From the sequence record NZ_CP086424.1: 64,000 nucleotides of DNA; one strand, written 5' to 3'. This DNA comes from a plasmid. The position numbers and the translations under genes were made by a program. Below are positions 18,775-28,740 of the stretch, piece after piece; positions within the stretch are counted from its first letter, which is position 1; each line of letters opens with the position of its first letter. Under the pieces are notes generated by a model. The model saw only the letters and a program-made list of their open reading frames with translations, had not been told where the DNA came from and did no database searches.

Positions 18775-19017
18775 CGAAAAACCACGTTAAGAAAGCAACC
18801 TTCTGAAAAGGCGACGTTTATCAGTTTTTTTTCCGGCCATAAAGGGGGCGGAAATTATTCCCTGCACGGGTATTCGCAAGGATTTCGGTAGTGCTCTGGC
18901 TCTGCCCCCCATAACCTGGCGGACAGAGCATGATTGGGAAAGCGGTACCCTCACGGCAGAAACGATTGACGCAGGCTATATTTCTATTATTCTGGAAATA
19001 TAGATAAAGGAGGTATT

Positions 19018-19198
19018 ATGGATTTAAACACTGCTGCAAACGCACTTCGAGAACTGGGCCACCCGACACGTCTCAGCATATACCGGGAGCTGGTCAGGGC
19101 GGGTCATGAAGGCCTGCCGGTTGGCGAACTGCAGAAGCACCTTGAGATTCCTGCCTCCACGCTCAGCCATCATCTTTCAGCGCTGATATCCGCTGGAC
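19018..19198 (+). pseudogene. ArsR/SmtB-like regulator N-terminal fragment, truncated by IS26
   Basis: HTH region LRELGHPTRLSIYREL. The reading frame runs into the IS26 terminal repeat. Confidence 0.4.
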
Positions 19199-20018
19199 GG
19201 CACTGTTGCAAATAGTCGGTGGTGATAAACTTATCATCCCCTTTTGCTGATGGAGCTGCACATGAACCCATTCAAAGGCCGGCATTTTCAGCGTGACATC
19301 ATTCTGTGGGCCGTACGCTGGTACTGCAAATACGGCATCAGTTACCGTGAGCTGCAGGAGATGCTGGCTGAACGCGGAGTGAATGTCGATCACTCCACGA
19401 TTTACCGCTGGGTTCAGCGTTATGCGCCTGAAATGGAAAAACGGCTGCGCTGGTACTGGCGTAACCCTTCCGATCTTTGCCCGTGGCACATGGATGAAAC
19501 CTACGTGAAGGTCAATGGCCGCTGGGCGTATCTGTACCGGGCCGTCGACAGCCGGGGCCGCACTGTCGATTTTTATCTCTCCTCCCGTCGTAACAGCAAA
19601 GCTGCATACCGGTTTCTGGGTAAAATCCTCAACAACGTGAAGAAGTGGCAGATCCCGCGATTCATCAACACGGATAAAGCGCCCGCCTATGGTCGCGCGC
19701 TTGCTCTGCTCAAACGCGAAGGCCGGTGCCCGTCTGACGTTGAACACCGACAGATTAAGTACCGGAACAACGTGATTGAATGCGATCATGGCAAACTGAA
19801 ACGGATAATCGGCGCCACGCTGGGATTTAAATCCATGAAGACGGCTTACGCCACCATCAAAGGTATTGAGGTGATGCGTGCACTACGCAAAGGCCAGGCC
19901 TCAGCATTTTATTATGGTGATCCCCTGGGCGAAATGCGCCTGGTAAGCAGAGTTTTTGAAATGTAAGGCCTTTGAATAAGACAAAAGGCTGCCTCATCGC
20001 TAACTTTGCAACAGTGCC
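19199..20018 (+). mobile_element. IS26: IS26 second copy, inverted relative to the first
   Basis: Identical 820-bp element. Only 424 bp separate the two copies. Confidence 0.9.
19262..19966 (+). CDS. tnp26: IS26 transposase Tnp26
   Basis: Protein identical to the first copy. Confidence 0.9.
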   Translation: MNPFKGRHFQRDIILWAVRWYCKYGISYRELQEMLAERGVNVDHSTIYRWVQRYAPEMEKRLRWYWRNPSDLCPWHMDETYVKVNGRWAYLYRAVDSRGRTVDFYLSSRRNSKAAYRFLGKILNNVKKWQIPRFINTDKAPAYGRALALLKREGRCPSDVEHRQIKYRNNVIECDHGKLKRIIGATLGFKSMKTAYATIKGIEVMRALRKGQASAFYYGDPLGEMRLVSRVFEM

Positions 20019-20259
20019 GCGCGACGAGCAGCAGCACCAGGAGCAGAAGCACGTCGAGAAAAAGCAACAGCAGATCGAGCAGCGCCCACGGCGGGCCGCT
20101 CGCATCGGATAAGTCGAAAAATCCGGCTAAAGTGGCCGAGCTGCACATCAGGCCGCGCGGTTTTCCTCCCTGATCGCCGGCGCGGTTTCTTCCTCCCTGA
20201 ACCGCATGCAGACTTGCCGCCTCGGACACCCCGAGGCGGTTTTTTTTCGCCTCGCTCGA

Positions 20260-20480
20260 GCATCGCCGCATCCGACGATGCCGAGACGACCAGGCCGCGC
20301 ACGTCGAGCTGCAGCATCGCCATTGCCGACGATGGCACCAGGTCGCCGGCGGTGGCCACCGACCTCGAGCTCGCATCGCCACATCCGACGATGCGCGCCG
20401 GCGTCGACCATCGCCAGGTCTGACGATGGCGGCCGCCCTGCCCTGGATCTCGCATCGCCATTTCTGGCGATGAGATCCAC
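20260..20480. repeat. Five copies of an imperfect 20-bp inverted repeat CATCGCCrcATCCGACGATG (res-like recombinase binding sites)
   Basis: Copies seen at about 20261, 20318, 20371, 20407 and 20451. They lie upstream of the serine recombinase gene in GC-rich DNA. Confidence 0.4.
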
Positions 20481-20597
20481 GGAGCGGCCATTTAGACCCG
20501 CCAATAACGACCCGGCCAAGATAAATCGCATGACGGCCTTTTTGGCCGGGGGTAGCATGACCGGACACTTTGCGTATGCCCAAAGGAGCCCGCAAGT

Positions 20598-21335
20598 ATG
20601 CGCAGGACGAAGCCAGTAGCCGCGCCGATGGTGGCGCGGGTCTATCTGCGCGTCAGCACCGACGCGCAGGACTTGGAACGCCAAGAGGCGATCACTACGG
20701 CCGCGAAGGCCGCCGGCTACTACGTCGCCGGCATCTACCGTGAGAAGGCATCCGGCGCACGCGCCGACCGGCCTGAGCTGCTGCGCATGATCGGCGACCT
20801 ACAGCCCGGCGAGGTGGTCATTGCCGAGAAGATCGACCGCATCAGCCGCCTACCTTTGCCCGAGGCCGAGCGCCTGGTGGCCTCGATACAGGCCAAAGGC
20901 GCACGCCTGGCCGTCCCTGGCGTGGTCGATCTATCCGACCTGGCGGCCGAGGCCCAGGGCGTCGCCAAGATCGTGCTGGAAGCCGTGCAGATCATGCTTT
21001 TTCGCCTGGCCTTGCAGATGGCCCGCGACGACTACGAGGACAGGCGCGAACGCCAGCGCCAAGGCATTGAGTTGGCCCGCCAGGCCGGGCGGTACAAGGG
21101 CCGCCGTGCTGATCCGAAGCGCCGCGCCCAAGTTGTCGCGCTGCGCAAGTCCGGCTACAGCATCAACAAGACCGCCGAGCTGGCCGGGTACAGTGCGGCC
21201 CAGGTGAAACGGATATGGGCCGAGGTCAGCCAGGCCGAAGCGAAGCAGCACGGCGCGTTCGTGGAGGACGCATTGACGGAAGCCGATGCCCTGGCCGCTG
21301 TCGGCCAGGATGAGCGCCAGGAGGAAAGGGCATGA
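20598..21335 (+). CDS. Serine recombinase / resolvase family protein
   Basis: N-terminal YLRVSTDAQDLERQ catalytic-serine motif. C-terminal HTH. Confidence 0.7.
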   Translation: MRRTKPVAAPMVARVYLRVSTDAQDLERQEAITTAAKAAGYYVAGIYREKASGARADRPELLRMIGDLQPGEVVIAEKIDRISRLPLPEAERLVASIQAKGARLAVPGVVDLSDLAAEAQGVAKIVLEAVQIMLFRLALQMARDDYEDRRERQRQGIELARQAGRYKGRRADPKRRAQVVALRKSGYSINKTAELAGYSAAQVKRIWAEVSQAEAKQHGAFVEDALTEADALAAVGQDERQEERA

Positions 21336-21556
21336 AGAAGCCGAACCAAGACGACGAGCCGTTTTTCATCACCGAGGAGATTGCGGCCGAAATGATCGCC
21401 GGCGGCTATGAGTTCGAGCTGCCGCCCATTCCTTGCACCATCCGCCTACGCGACGTGCTGGAGCGCATGACCGATGCTGAGCTAGCATTGCAGCCGGGCG
21501 AGATCGCCGACCAGGAGCGTGAACGCTGCCGGCGCAAGCCGTGTTCAACCTCATGA
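21332..21556 (+). CDS. Small hypothetical protein
   Basis: 74 aa. ATGA overlap with the recombinase gene. Confidence 0.3.
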   Translation: MKKPNQDDEPFFITEEIAAEMIAGGYEFELPPIPCTIRLRDVLERMTDAELALQPGEIADQERERCRRKPCSTS

Positions 21557-23290
21557 TCTGGTCATGGTATTTTTCATGGCACTGAGCCTGATAGTTCTTG
21601 CAAATTGTTGTCACTAAAGGGTTTTGTGTGCTTGTTTACAATCGAGTGGGAGTGACGGGCACTGGCTGGCAATGTCTAGCAACGGCAGGCATTTCGGCTG
21701 AGGGTAAAAGAACTTTCCGCTAAGCGATAGACTGTATGTAAACACAGTATTGCAAGGACGCGGAACATGCCTCATGTGGCGGCCAGGACGGCCAGCCGGG
21801 ATCGGGATACTGGTCGTTACCAGAGCCACCGACCCGAGCAAACCCTTCTCTATCAGATCGTTGACGAGTATTACCCGGCATTCGCTGCGCTTATGGCAGA
21901 GCAGGGAAAGGAATTGCCGGGCTATGTGCAACGGGAATTTGAAGAATTTCTCCAATGCGGGCGGCTGGAGCATGGCTTTCTACGGGTTCGCTGCGAGTCT
22001 TGCCACGCCGAGCACCTGGTCGCTTTCAGCTGTAAGCGTCGCGGTTTCTGCCCGAGCTGTGGGGCGCGGCGGATGGCCGAAAGTGCCGCCTTGCTGGTTG
22101 ATGAAGTACTGCCTGAACAACCCATGCGTCAGTGGGTGTTGAGCTTCCCGTTTCAGCTGCGTTTCCTGTTTGCCAGCCGGCCCGAGATCATGGGGTGGGT
22201 GCTGGGCATCGTTTACCGCGTCATTGCCACGCACCTGGTCAAGAAAGCGGGCCATACCCACCAAGTGGCCAAGACGGGCGCGGTCACCCTGATCCAGCGT
22301 TTTGGATCGGCGCTCAATCTGAATGTTCACTTCCACATGCTGTTTCTCGACGGTGTGTATGTCGAGCAATCCCACGGCTCAGCGCGTTTCCGCTGGGTCA
22401 AGGCGCCGACCAGCCCAGAGCTCACCCAGCTGACGCACACCATCGCCCACCGGGTGGGTCGCTATCTGGAACGGCAAGGCCTGCTGGAACGGGATGTCGA
22501 AAACAGCTATCTGGCCTCGGATGCGGTGGATGACGACCCGATGACACCCCTGCTGGGGCACTCGATCACTTACCGTATCGCTGTCGGTTCACAGGCGGGG
22601 CGAAAGGTGTTCACTTTGCAAACTCTGCCGACCAGTGGTGATCCGTTCGGTGACGGGATTGGCAAGGTAGCCGGGTCCAGCCTGCACGCCGGCGTGGCGG
22701 CCAGGGCCGATGAACGCAAGAAGCTCGAACGGCTGTGCCGGTACATCAGCCGCCCGGCGGTATCCGAGAAGCGGCTGTCGTTAACACGAGGCGGCAACGT
22801 GCGCTACCAGCTCAAGACGCCGTACCGGGACGGCACCACGCACGTCATTTTCGAACCATTGGATTTCATTGCAAGGCTGGCCGCCCTGGTACCGAAGCCC
22901 AGAGTCAACCTAACCCGCTTCCACGGGGTGTTCGCACCCAACAGTCGGCACCGGGCGTTGGTCACGCCGGCAAAACGGGGCAGGGGCAACAAGGTCAGGG
23001 TGGCTGATGAACCGGCAACACCAGCACAACGGCGAGCGTCGATGACATGGGCGCAACGGCTCAAGCGTGTTTTCAATATCGACATCGAGACCTGCAGCGG
23101 CTGCGGCGGCGCCATGAAAGTCATCGCCTGCATTGAAGACCCTATAGTGATCAAGCAGATCCTTGATCACCTGAAGCACAAAGCCGAAACCAGCGGGACC
23201 AGGGCGTTACCCGAAAGCCGGGCGCCACCGGCTGAGCTGCTCCTGGGTCTGTTTGACTGACGAGCCTGAAGGCCAACGATACCAATCAAA
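21553..23290 (+). mobile_element. ISCR2: ISCR2 (IS91-like rolling-circle element). Boundaries approximate.
   Basis: The upstream end region is repeated at 25938..26243 and partially at 31466..31560. The 497-aa transposase is of the IS91/ISCR family. Confidence 0.65.
21767..23260 (+). CDS. rcr2: ISCR2 rolling-circle transposase (IS91 family, 497 aa)
   Basis: HxH and Cys-rich zinc motifs (CESCHAEHLVAFSCKRRGFCPSCGARRM). Sits in the typical floR context. Confidence 0.8.
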   Translation: MPHVAARTASRDRDTGRYQSHRPEQTLLYQIVDEYYPAFAALMAEQGKELPGYVQREFEEFLQCGRLEHGFLRVRCESCHAEHLVAFSCKRRGFCPSCGARRMAESAALLVDEVLPEQPMRQWVLSFPFQLRFLFASRPEIMGWVLGIVYRVIATHLVKKAGHTHQVAKTGAVTLIQRFGSALNLNVHFHMLFLDGVYVEQSHGSARFRWVKAPTSPELTQLTHTIAHRVGRYLERQGLLERDVENSYLASDAVDDDPMTPLLGHSITYRIAVGSQAGRKVFTLQTLPTSGDPFGDGIGKVAGSSLHAGVAARADERKKLERLCRYISRPAVSEKRLSLTRGGNVRYQLKTPYRDGTTHVIFEPLDFIARLAALVPKPRVNLTRFHGVFAPNSRHRALVTPAKRGRGNKVRVADEPATPAQRRASMTWAQRLKRVFNIDIETCSGCGGAMKVIACIEDPIVIKQILDHLKHKAETSGTRALPESRAPPAELLLGLFD

Positions 23291-24175
23291 ATGCTGCGTT
23301 CACAGCGCCGCGGCAGGGATCCGCCGTGCTGGTTGTCGGAAAAGGAGCCGCTAGTGGGAAAGAGGAGGGTAAATTTTCAGCGTTGCTGGCTCCCCGTCAG
23401 CCGGATTGGGTTGCATCGCAGGGGTGTCGAAAGAGTCAACTGCGGTCCAAAGCTGTTGGACTTGGGTGAAAAGGGCGTTTATTCTTCCTATACGTGCCGC
23501 GTTCCAGGCGGCGACTATGAGGGCTATGTCGATGCCCATGTGCGCCGGCTGGAGGCGCTACGCCGGGCCGGTATCGTCGAGCGGATCGACGCCGACCAAT
23601 GGCGCATCCCCGATGATCTGGTCAGCCGTGCCGCCGCCCATGACGCCGGCCGAGACAGTCAGGCCAGCGTTCGCGTCCTTTCCCCGGTCGATCTGAACAA
23701 ACAGATCGGATCGGACGGCGCGACCTGGCTGGACCGGCGGCTGATCCACGGCGAGACGGCCGACCTTGCGCCAACCGGCTTCGGGCAACAAGTCCGCGAA
23801 GCCATGGACCAGCGCCGCGAGCACCATATCGAACAGGGCGACGCCACCCGCAGCCGGGACAGCCGCGTCTTCTACCGGCGCAACCTTCTCGCCATCCTGC
23901 GGGAGCGCGAGGTAGCCGGCGTCGGATCGGATATGGCTTTGAGTAAGGGCCTGCCGTTCCGCGCCGCCACGGACGGCGAGAGCGTCAGCGGCAAGTTTAC
24001 CGGAACCGTGCATCTATCGAGCGGCAAGTTCGCCGTGGTCGAGAAATCCCATGAGTTCACCCTTGTCCCGTGGCGGCCGATCATCGACCGCCAACTCGGC
24101 CGCGAGGTTATGGGCATCGTGCAGGGCGGGTCGGTGTCGTGGCAGTTAGGGCGGCAGAGGGGGCTGGAACGCTGA
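23291..24175 (+). pseudogene. Relaxase-like (virD2-like) gene remnant between ISCR2 and floR
   Basis: Long GC-rich ORF with no convincing start. In known floR islands this position holds a truncated relaxase. Confidence 0.4.
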
Positions 24176-24391
24176 GTGCGCCCATGCCGCATTGCGAAGC
24201 AAAAGATAATCGGATAAAATGTAGCAATTCATATTCGTAAGCGTGGAGTAATCAGATGGGAAATTCCAAGTCAGCAGACAAGTAAGCCGCAACAACCAGT
24301 ATTGTTGTTGCGGCGCTCTGTAAGGCTAGTCTCATCTGATTGCTGACGAGCAGACGTCGCCCGGTATTCCTTAATCGAGGGTTGATTCGTC

Positions 24392-25606
24392 ATGACCACC
24401 ACACGCCCCGCGTGGGCCTATACGCTGCCGGCAGCACTGCTGCTGATGGCTCCTTTCGACATCCTCGCTTCACTGGCGATGGATATTTATCTCCCTGTCG
24501 TTCCAGCGATGCCCGGCATCCTGAACACGACGCCCGCTATGATCCAACTCACGTTGAGCCTCTATATGGTGATGCTCGGCGTGGGCCAGGTGATTTTTGG
24601 TCCGCTCTCAGACAGAATCGGGCGACGGCCAATTCTACTTGCGGGCGCAACGGCTTTCGTCATTGCGTCTCTGGGAGCAGCTTGGTCTTCAACTGCACCG
24701 GCCTTTGTCGCTTTCCGTCTACTTCAAGCAGTGGGCGCGTCGGCCATGCTGGTGGCGACGTTCGCGACGGTTCGCGACGTTTATGCCAACCGTCCTGAGG
24801 GTGTCGTCATCTACGGCCTTTTCAGTTCGATGCTGGCGTTCGTGCCTGCGCTCGGCCCTATCGCCGGAGCATTGATCGGCGAGTTCTTGGGATGGCAGGC
24901 GATATTCATTACTTTGGCTATACTGGCGATGCTCGCACTCCTAAATGCGGGTTTCAGGTGGCACGAAACCCGCCCTCTGGATCAAGTCAAGACGCGCCGA
25001 TCTGTCTTGCCGATCTTCGCGAGTCCGGCTTTTTGGGTTTACACTGTCGGCTTTAGCGCCGGTATGGGCACCTTCTTCGTCTTCTTCTCGACGGCTCCCC
25101 GTGTGCTCATAGGCCAAGCGGAATATTCCGAGATCGGATTCAGCTTTGCCTTCGCCACTGTCGCGCTTGTAATGATCGTGACAACCCGTTTCGCGAAGTC
25201 CTTTGTCGCCAGATGGGGCATCGCAGGATGCGTGGCGCGTGGGATGGCGTTGCTTGTTTGCGGAGCGGTCCTGTTGGGGATCGGCGAACTTTACGGCTCG
25301 CCGTCATTCCTCACCTTCATCCTACCGATGTGGGTTGTCGCGGTCGGTATTGTCTTCACGGTGTCCGTTACCGCGAACGGCGCTTTGGCAGAGTTCGACG
25401 ACATCGCGGGATCAGCGGTCGCGTTCTACTTCTGCGTTCAAAGCCTGATAGTCAGCATTGTCGGGACATTGGCGGTGGCACTTTTAAACGGTGACACAGC
25501 GTGGCCCGTGATCTGTTACGCCACGGCGATGGCGGTACTGGTTTCGTTGGGGCTGGTGCTCCTTCGGCTCCGTGGGGCTGCCACCGAGAAGTCGCCAGTC
25601 GTCTAA
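24392..25606 (+). CDS. floR: Florfenicol/chloramphenicol efflux MFS transporter FloR (404 aa)
   Basis: Recognised protein sequence MTTTRPAWAYTLPAALLLMAPFDILASLAMDIY. 12 TM segments. Confidence 0.9.
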   Translation: MTTTRPAWAYTLPAALLLMAPFDILASLAMDIYLPVVPAMPGILNTTPAMIQLTLSLYMVMLGVGQVIFGPLSDRIGRRPILLAGATAFVIASLGAAWSSTAPAFVAFRLLQAVGASAMLVATFATVRDVYANRPEGVVIYGLFSSMLAFVPALGPIAGALIGEFLGWQAIFITLAILAMLALLNAGFRWHETRPLDQVKTRRSVLPIFASPAFWVYTVGFSAGMGTFFVFFSTAPRVLIGQAEYSEIGFSFAFATVALVMIVTTRFAKSFVARWGIAGCVARGMALLVCGAVLLGIGELYGSPSFLTFILPMWVVAVGIVFTVSVTANGALAEFDDIAGSAVAFYFCVQSLIVSIVGTLAVALLNGDTAWPVICYATAMAVLVSLGLVLLRLRGAATEKSPVV

Positions 25607-25633
25607 CCGACGACTGGTAGCAGGCCCGCTCCG

Positions 25634-25939
25634 ATGCGGCGCACTAACCATCGAAACCTCGTGAATGTCGGTATCCTGTCTGGCAGGATACCGCTCATTT
25701 CCCTTGTTCAGTTCATCGCCGTCGCCGAGCATCTGAATTTTCGGCATGCGGCCAAGGCACTTGGTATCAGCCAGTCGAGCGTCAGCGCGCGTGTGAAAGC
25801 GCTGGAGGATAACCTTGGTGTCCTGCTATTTGAGCGCCATGCGCGGGGCGTTCGGCTAACAGACGCAGGCAGGCACTTCATGGAGCGTGTCACGGCGGGT
25901 GTCGATCAACTCGATCACGCAGTGAAGACCGCGGAGTGA
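25634..25939 (+). pseudogene. LysR-family regulator N-terminal fragment (truncated lysR)
   Basis: HTH motif LNFRHAAKALGISQSSVS. Truncated at the ISCR2 repeat junction. Confidence 0.6.
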
Positions 25940-26243
25940 CGGGCACTGGCTGGCAATGTCTAGCAACGGCAGGCATTTCGGCTGAGGGTAAAAGAACTTT
26001 CCGCTAAGCGATAGACTGTATGTAAACACAGTATTGCAAGGACGCGGAACATGCCTCATGTGGCGGCCAGGACGGCCAGCCGGGATCGGGATACTGGTCG
26101 TTACCAGAGCCACCGACCCGAGCAAACCCTTCTCTATCAGATCGTTGACGAGTATTACCCGGCATTCGCTGCGCTTATGGCAGAGCAGGGAAAGGAATTG
26201 CCGGGCTATGTGCAACGGGAATTTGAAGAATTTCTCCAAAGCC
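25938..26243 (+). mobile_element. ISCR2: Truncated ISCR2 copy (5' end plus first 64 codons of the transposase)
   Basis: About 305-bp direct repeat of 21650..21953. It overlaps the 3' end of tetA(A). Confidence 0.75.
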
Positions 26244-27405
26244 CGCGACGCAGCGCCGGCAGGCAGAGCAAGTAGAGGGCAGCGCCTGCAATCCATGCCC
26301 ACCCGTTCCACGTTGTTATAGAAGCCGCATAGATCGCCGTGAAGAGGAGGGGTCCGACGATCGAGGTCAGGCTGGTGAGCGCCGCCAGTGAGCCTTGCAG
26401 CTGCCCCTGACGTTCCTCATCCACCTGCCTGGACAACATTGCTTGCAGCGCCGGCATTCCGATGCCACCCGAAGCAAGCAGGACCATGATCGGGAACGCC
26501 ATCCATCCCCGTGTCGCGAAGGCAAGCAGGATGTAGCCTGTGCCGTCGGCAATCATTCCGAGCATGAGTGCCCGCCTTTCGCCGAGCCGGGCGGCTACAG
26601 GGCCGGTGATCATTGCCTGGGCGAGTGAATGCAGAATGCCAAATGCGGCAAGCGAAATGCCGATCGTGGTCGCGTCCCAGTGAAAGCGATCCTCGCCGAA
26701 AATGACCCAAAGCGCGGCCGGCACCTGTCCGACAAGTTGCATGATGAAGAAGACCGCCATCAGGGCGGCGACGACGGTCATGCCCCGGGCCCACCGGAAC
26801 GAAGCGAGCGGGTTGAGAGCCTCCCGGCGTAACGGCCGGCGTTCGCCTTTGTGCGACTCCGGCAAAAGGAAACAGCCCGTCAGGAAATTGAGGCCGTTCA
26901 AGGCTGCCGCGGCGAAGAACGGAGCGTGGGGGGAGAAACCGCCCATCAGCCCACCGAGCACAGGTCCCGCGACCATCCCGAACCCGAAACAGGCGCTCAT
27001 GAAGCCGAAGTGCCGCGCGCGCTCATCGCCATCAGTGATATCGGCAATATAAGCGCCGGCTACCGCCCCAGTCGCCCCGGTGATGCCGGCCACGATCCGC
27101 CCGATATAGAGAACCCAAAGGAAAGGCGCCGTCGCCATGATGGCGTAGTCGACAGCAGCGCCGGCCAGCGAGACGAGCAAGACCGGCCGCCGCCCGAAAC
27201 GATCCGACAGCGCGCCCAGCACAGGTGCGCAGGCAAATTGCATCAACGCATACAGCGCCAGCAGAATGCCATAGTGGGCGGTGACGTCGTTCGAGTGAAC
27301 CAGATCGCGCAGGAGGCCCGGCAGCACCGGCATAATCAGGCCGATGCCGACAGCGTCGAGCGCGACAGTGCTCAGAATTACGATCAGGGGTCTGTTGGGT
27401 TTCAC
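26206..27405 (-). CDS. tetA(A): Tetracycline efflux MFS transporter TetA(A), GTG start, last ~13 codons replaced by ISCR2-derived sequence
   Basis: Recognised TetA(A) sequence VKPNRPLIVILSTVALDAVGIG. The C-terminal tail diverges from the reference. Confidence 0.85.
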   Translation of the reverse strand: MKPNRPLIVILSTVALDAVGIGLIMPVLPGLLRDLVHSNDVTAHYGILLALYALMQFACAPVLGALSDRFGRRPVLLVSLAGAAVDYAIMATAPFLWVLYIGRIVAGITGATGAVAGAYIADITDGDERARHFGFMSACFGFGMVAGPVLGGLMGGFSPHAPFFAAAALNGLNFLTGCFLLPESHKGERRPLRREALNPLASFRWARGMTVVAALMAVFFIMQLVGQVPAALWVIFGEDRFHWDATTIGISLAAFGILHSLAQAMITGPVAARLGERRALMLGMIADGTGYILLAFATRGWMAFPIMVLLASGGIGMPALQAMLSRQVDEERQGQLQGSLAALTSLTSIVGPLLFTAIYAASITTWNGWAWIAGAALYLLCLPALRRGLWRNSSNSRCT

Positions 27406-27510
27406 GTCTGGCCTCCGGACCAGCCTCCGCTGGTCCGATTGAACGCGCGGATTCTTTATCACTGATAAGTTGGTGGACATATTATGTTTATCAGTGATAA
27501 AGTGTCAAGC

Positions 27511-28161
27511 ATGACAAAGTTGCAGCCGAATACAGTGATCCGTGCCGCCCTGGACCTGTTGAACGAGGTCGGCGTAGACGGTCTGACGACACGCAAACTG
27601 GCGGAACGGTTGGGGGTTCAGCAGCCGGCGCTTTACTGGCACTTCAGGAACAAGCGGGCGCTGCTCGACGCACTGGCCGAAGCCATGCTGGCGGAGAATC
27701 ATACGCATTCGGTGCCGAGAGCCGACGACGACTGGCGCTCATTTCTGATCGGGAATGCCCGCAGCTTCAGGCAGGCGCTGCTCGCCTACCGCGATGGCGC
27801 GCGCATCCATGCCGGCACGCGACCGGGCGCACCGCAGATGGAAACGGCCGACGCGCAGCTTCGCTTCCTCTGCGAGGCGGGTTTTTCGGCCGGGGACGCC
27901 GTCAATGCGCTGATGACAATCAGCTACTTCACTGTTGGGGCCGTGCTTGAGGAGCAGGCCGGCGACAGCGATGCCGGCGAGCGCGGCGGCACCGTTGAAC
28001 AGGCTCCGCTCTCGCCGCTGTTGCGGGCCGCGATAGACGCCTTCGACGAAGCCGGTCCGGACGCAGCGTTCGAGCAGGGACTCGCGGTGATTGTCGATGG
28101 ATTGGCGAAAAGGAGGCTCGTTGTCAGGAACGTTGAAGGACCGAGAAAGGGTGACGATTGA
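27511..28161 (+). CDS. tetR(A): Tetracycline repressor TetR(A) (216 aa)
   Basis: Recognised sequence MTKLQPNTVIRAALDLLNEVG. Divergent from tetA. Confidence 0.85.
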   Translation: MTKLQPNTVIRAALDLLNEVGVDGLTTRKLAERLGVQQPALYWHFRNKRALLDALAEAMLAENHTHSVPRADDDWRSFLIGNARSFRQALLAYRDGARIHAGTRPGAPQMETADAQLRFLCEAGFSAGDAVNALMTISYFTVGAVLEEQAGDSDAGERGGTVEQAPLSPLLRAAIDAFDEAGPDAAFEQGLAVIVDGLAKRRLVVRNVEGPRKGDD

Positions 28162-28740
28162 TCAGGACCGCTGCCGGAGCGCAACCCACTCACTACAGCA
28201 GAGCCATGTAGACAACATCCCCTCCCCCTTTCCACCGCGTCAGACGCCCGTAGCAGCCCGCTACGGGCTTTTTCATGCCCTGCCCTAGCGTCCAAGCCTC
28301 ACGGCCGCGCTCGGCCTCTCTGGCGGCCTTCTGGCGCTCCTGCTGCGGCGTCCGCTCGTGGGCCGTGGCGCGGGTCCGCGCGCCGGCCTCGTGCGCCTGG
28401 CGCTCGCGGGCGAGGTCCAGGGCGGCCGTCTTCACGTTCTGCCTTGCGCAGATGAGATAGATCTAGCGTGGACTCAAGGCTCTCGCGAATGGCTCGCGTT
28501 GGAAACTTTCATTGACACTTGAGGGGCACCGCAGGGAAATTCTCGTCCTTGCGAGAACCGGCTATGTCGTGCTGCGCATCGAGCCTGCGCCCTTGGCTTG
28601 TCTCGCCCCTCTCCGCGTCGCTACGGGGCTTCCAGGGGTCGTTTGCGGGAAGGGGCGGAATCCTACGCTAAGGCTTTGGCCAGCGATATTCTCCGGTGAG
28701 ATTGATGTGTTCCCAGGGGATAGGAGAAGTCGCTTGATAT

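Noticed and set aside
19857-20684. Several overlapping 60-230-aa ORFs on both strands in the high-GC segment after IS26
   Set aside because: They are typical GC-rich open frames with Arg/Ala/Gly-rich translations that overlap one another. The region instead carries the res-like repeat set.
26051-26275. 74-aa ORF resembling the start of the ISCR2 transposase
   Set aside because: It is the truncated 5' portion of the second, incomplete ISCR2 copy and not an independent gene.
27406-27480. Extended tetA ORF start (424 aa)
   Set aside because: TetA(A) starts at the GTG encoding VKPNRPL. The upstream codons lie in the tetR-tetA operator region.
28162-28740. Small ORFs between tetR(A) and strB
   Set aside because: These are GC-rich junction remnants of the Tn1721-like and Tn5393/RSF1010-like segments, overlapping on both strands, with no coherent protein features.
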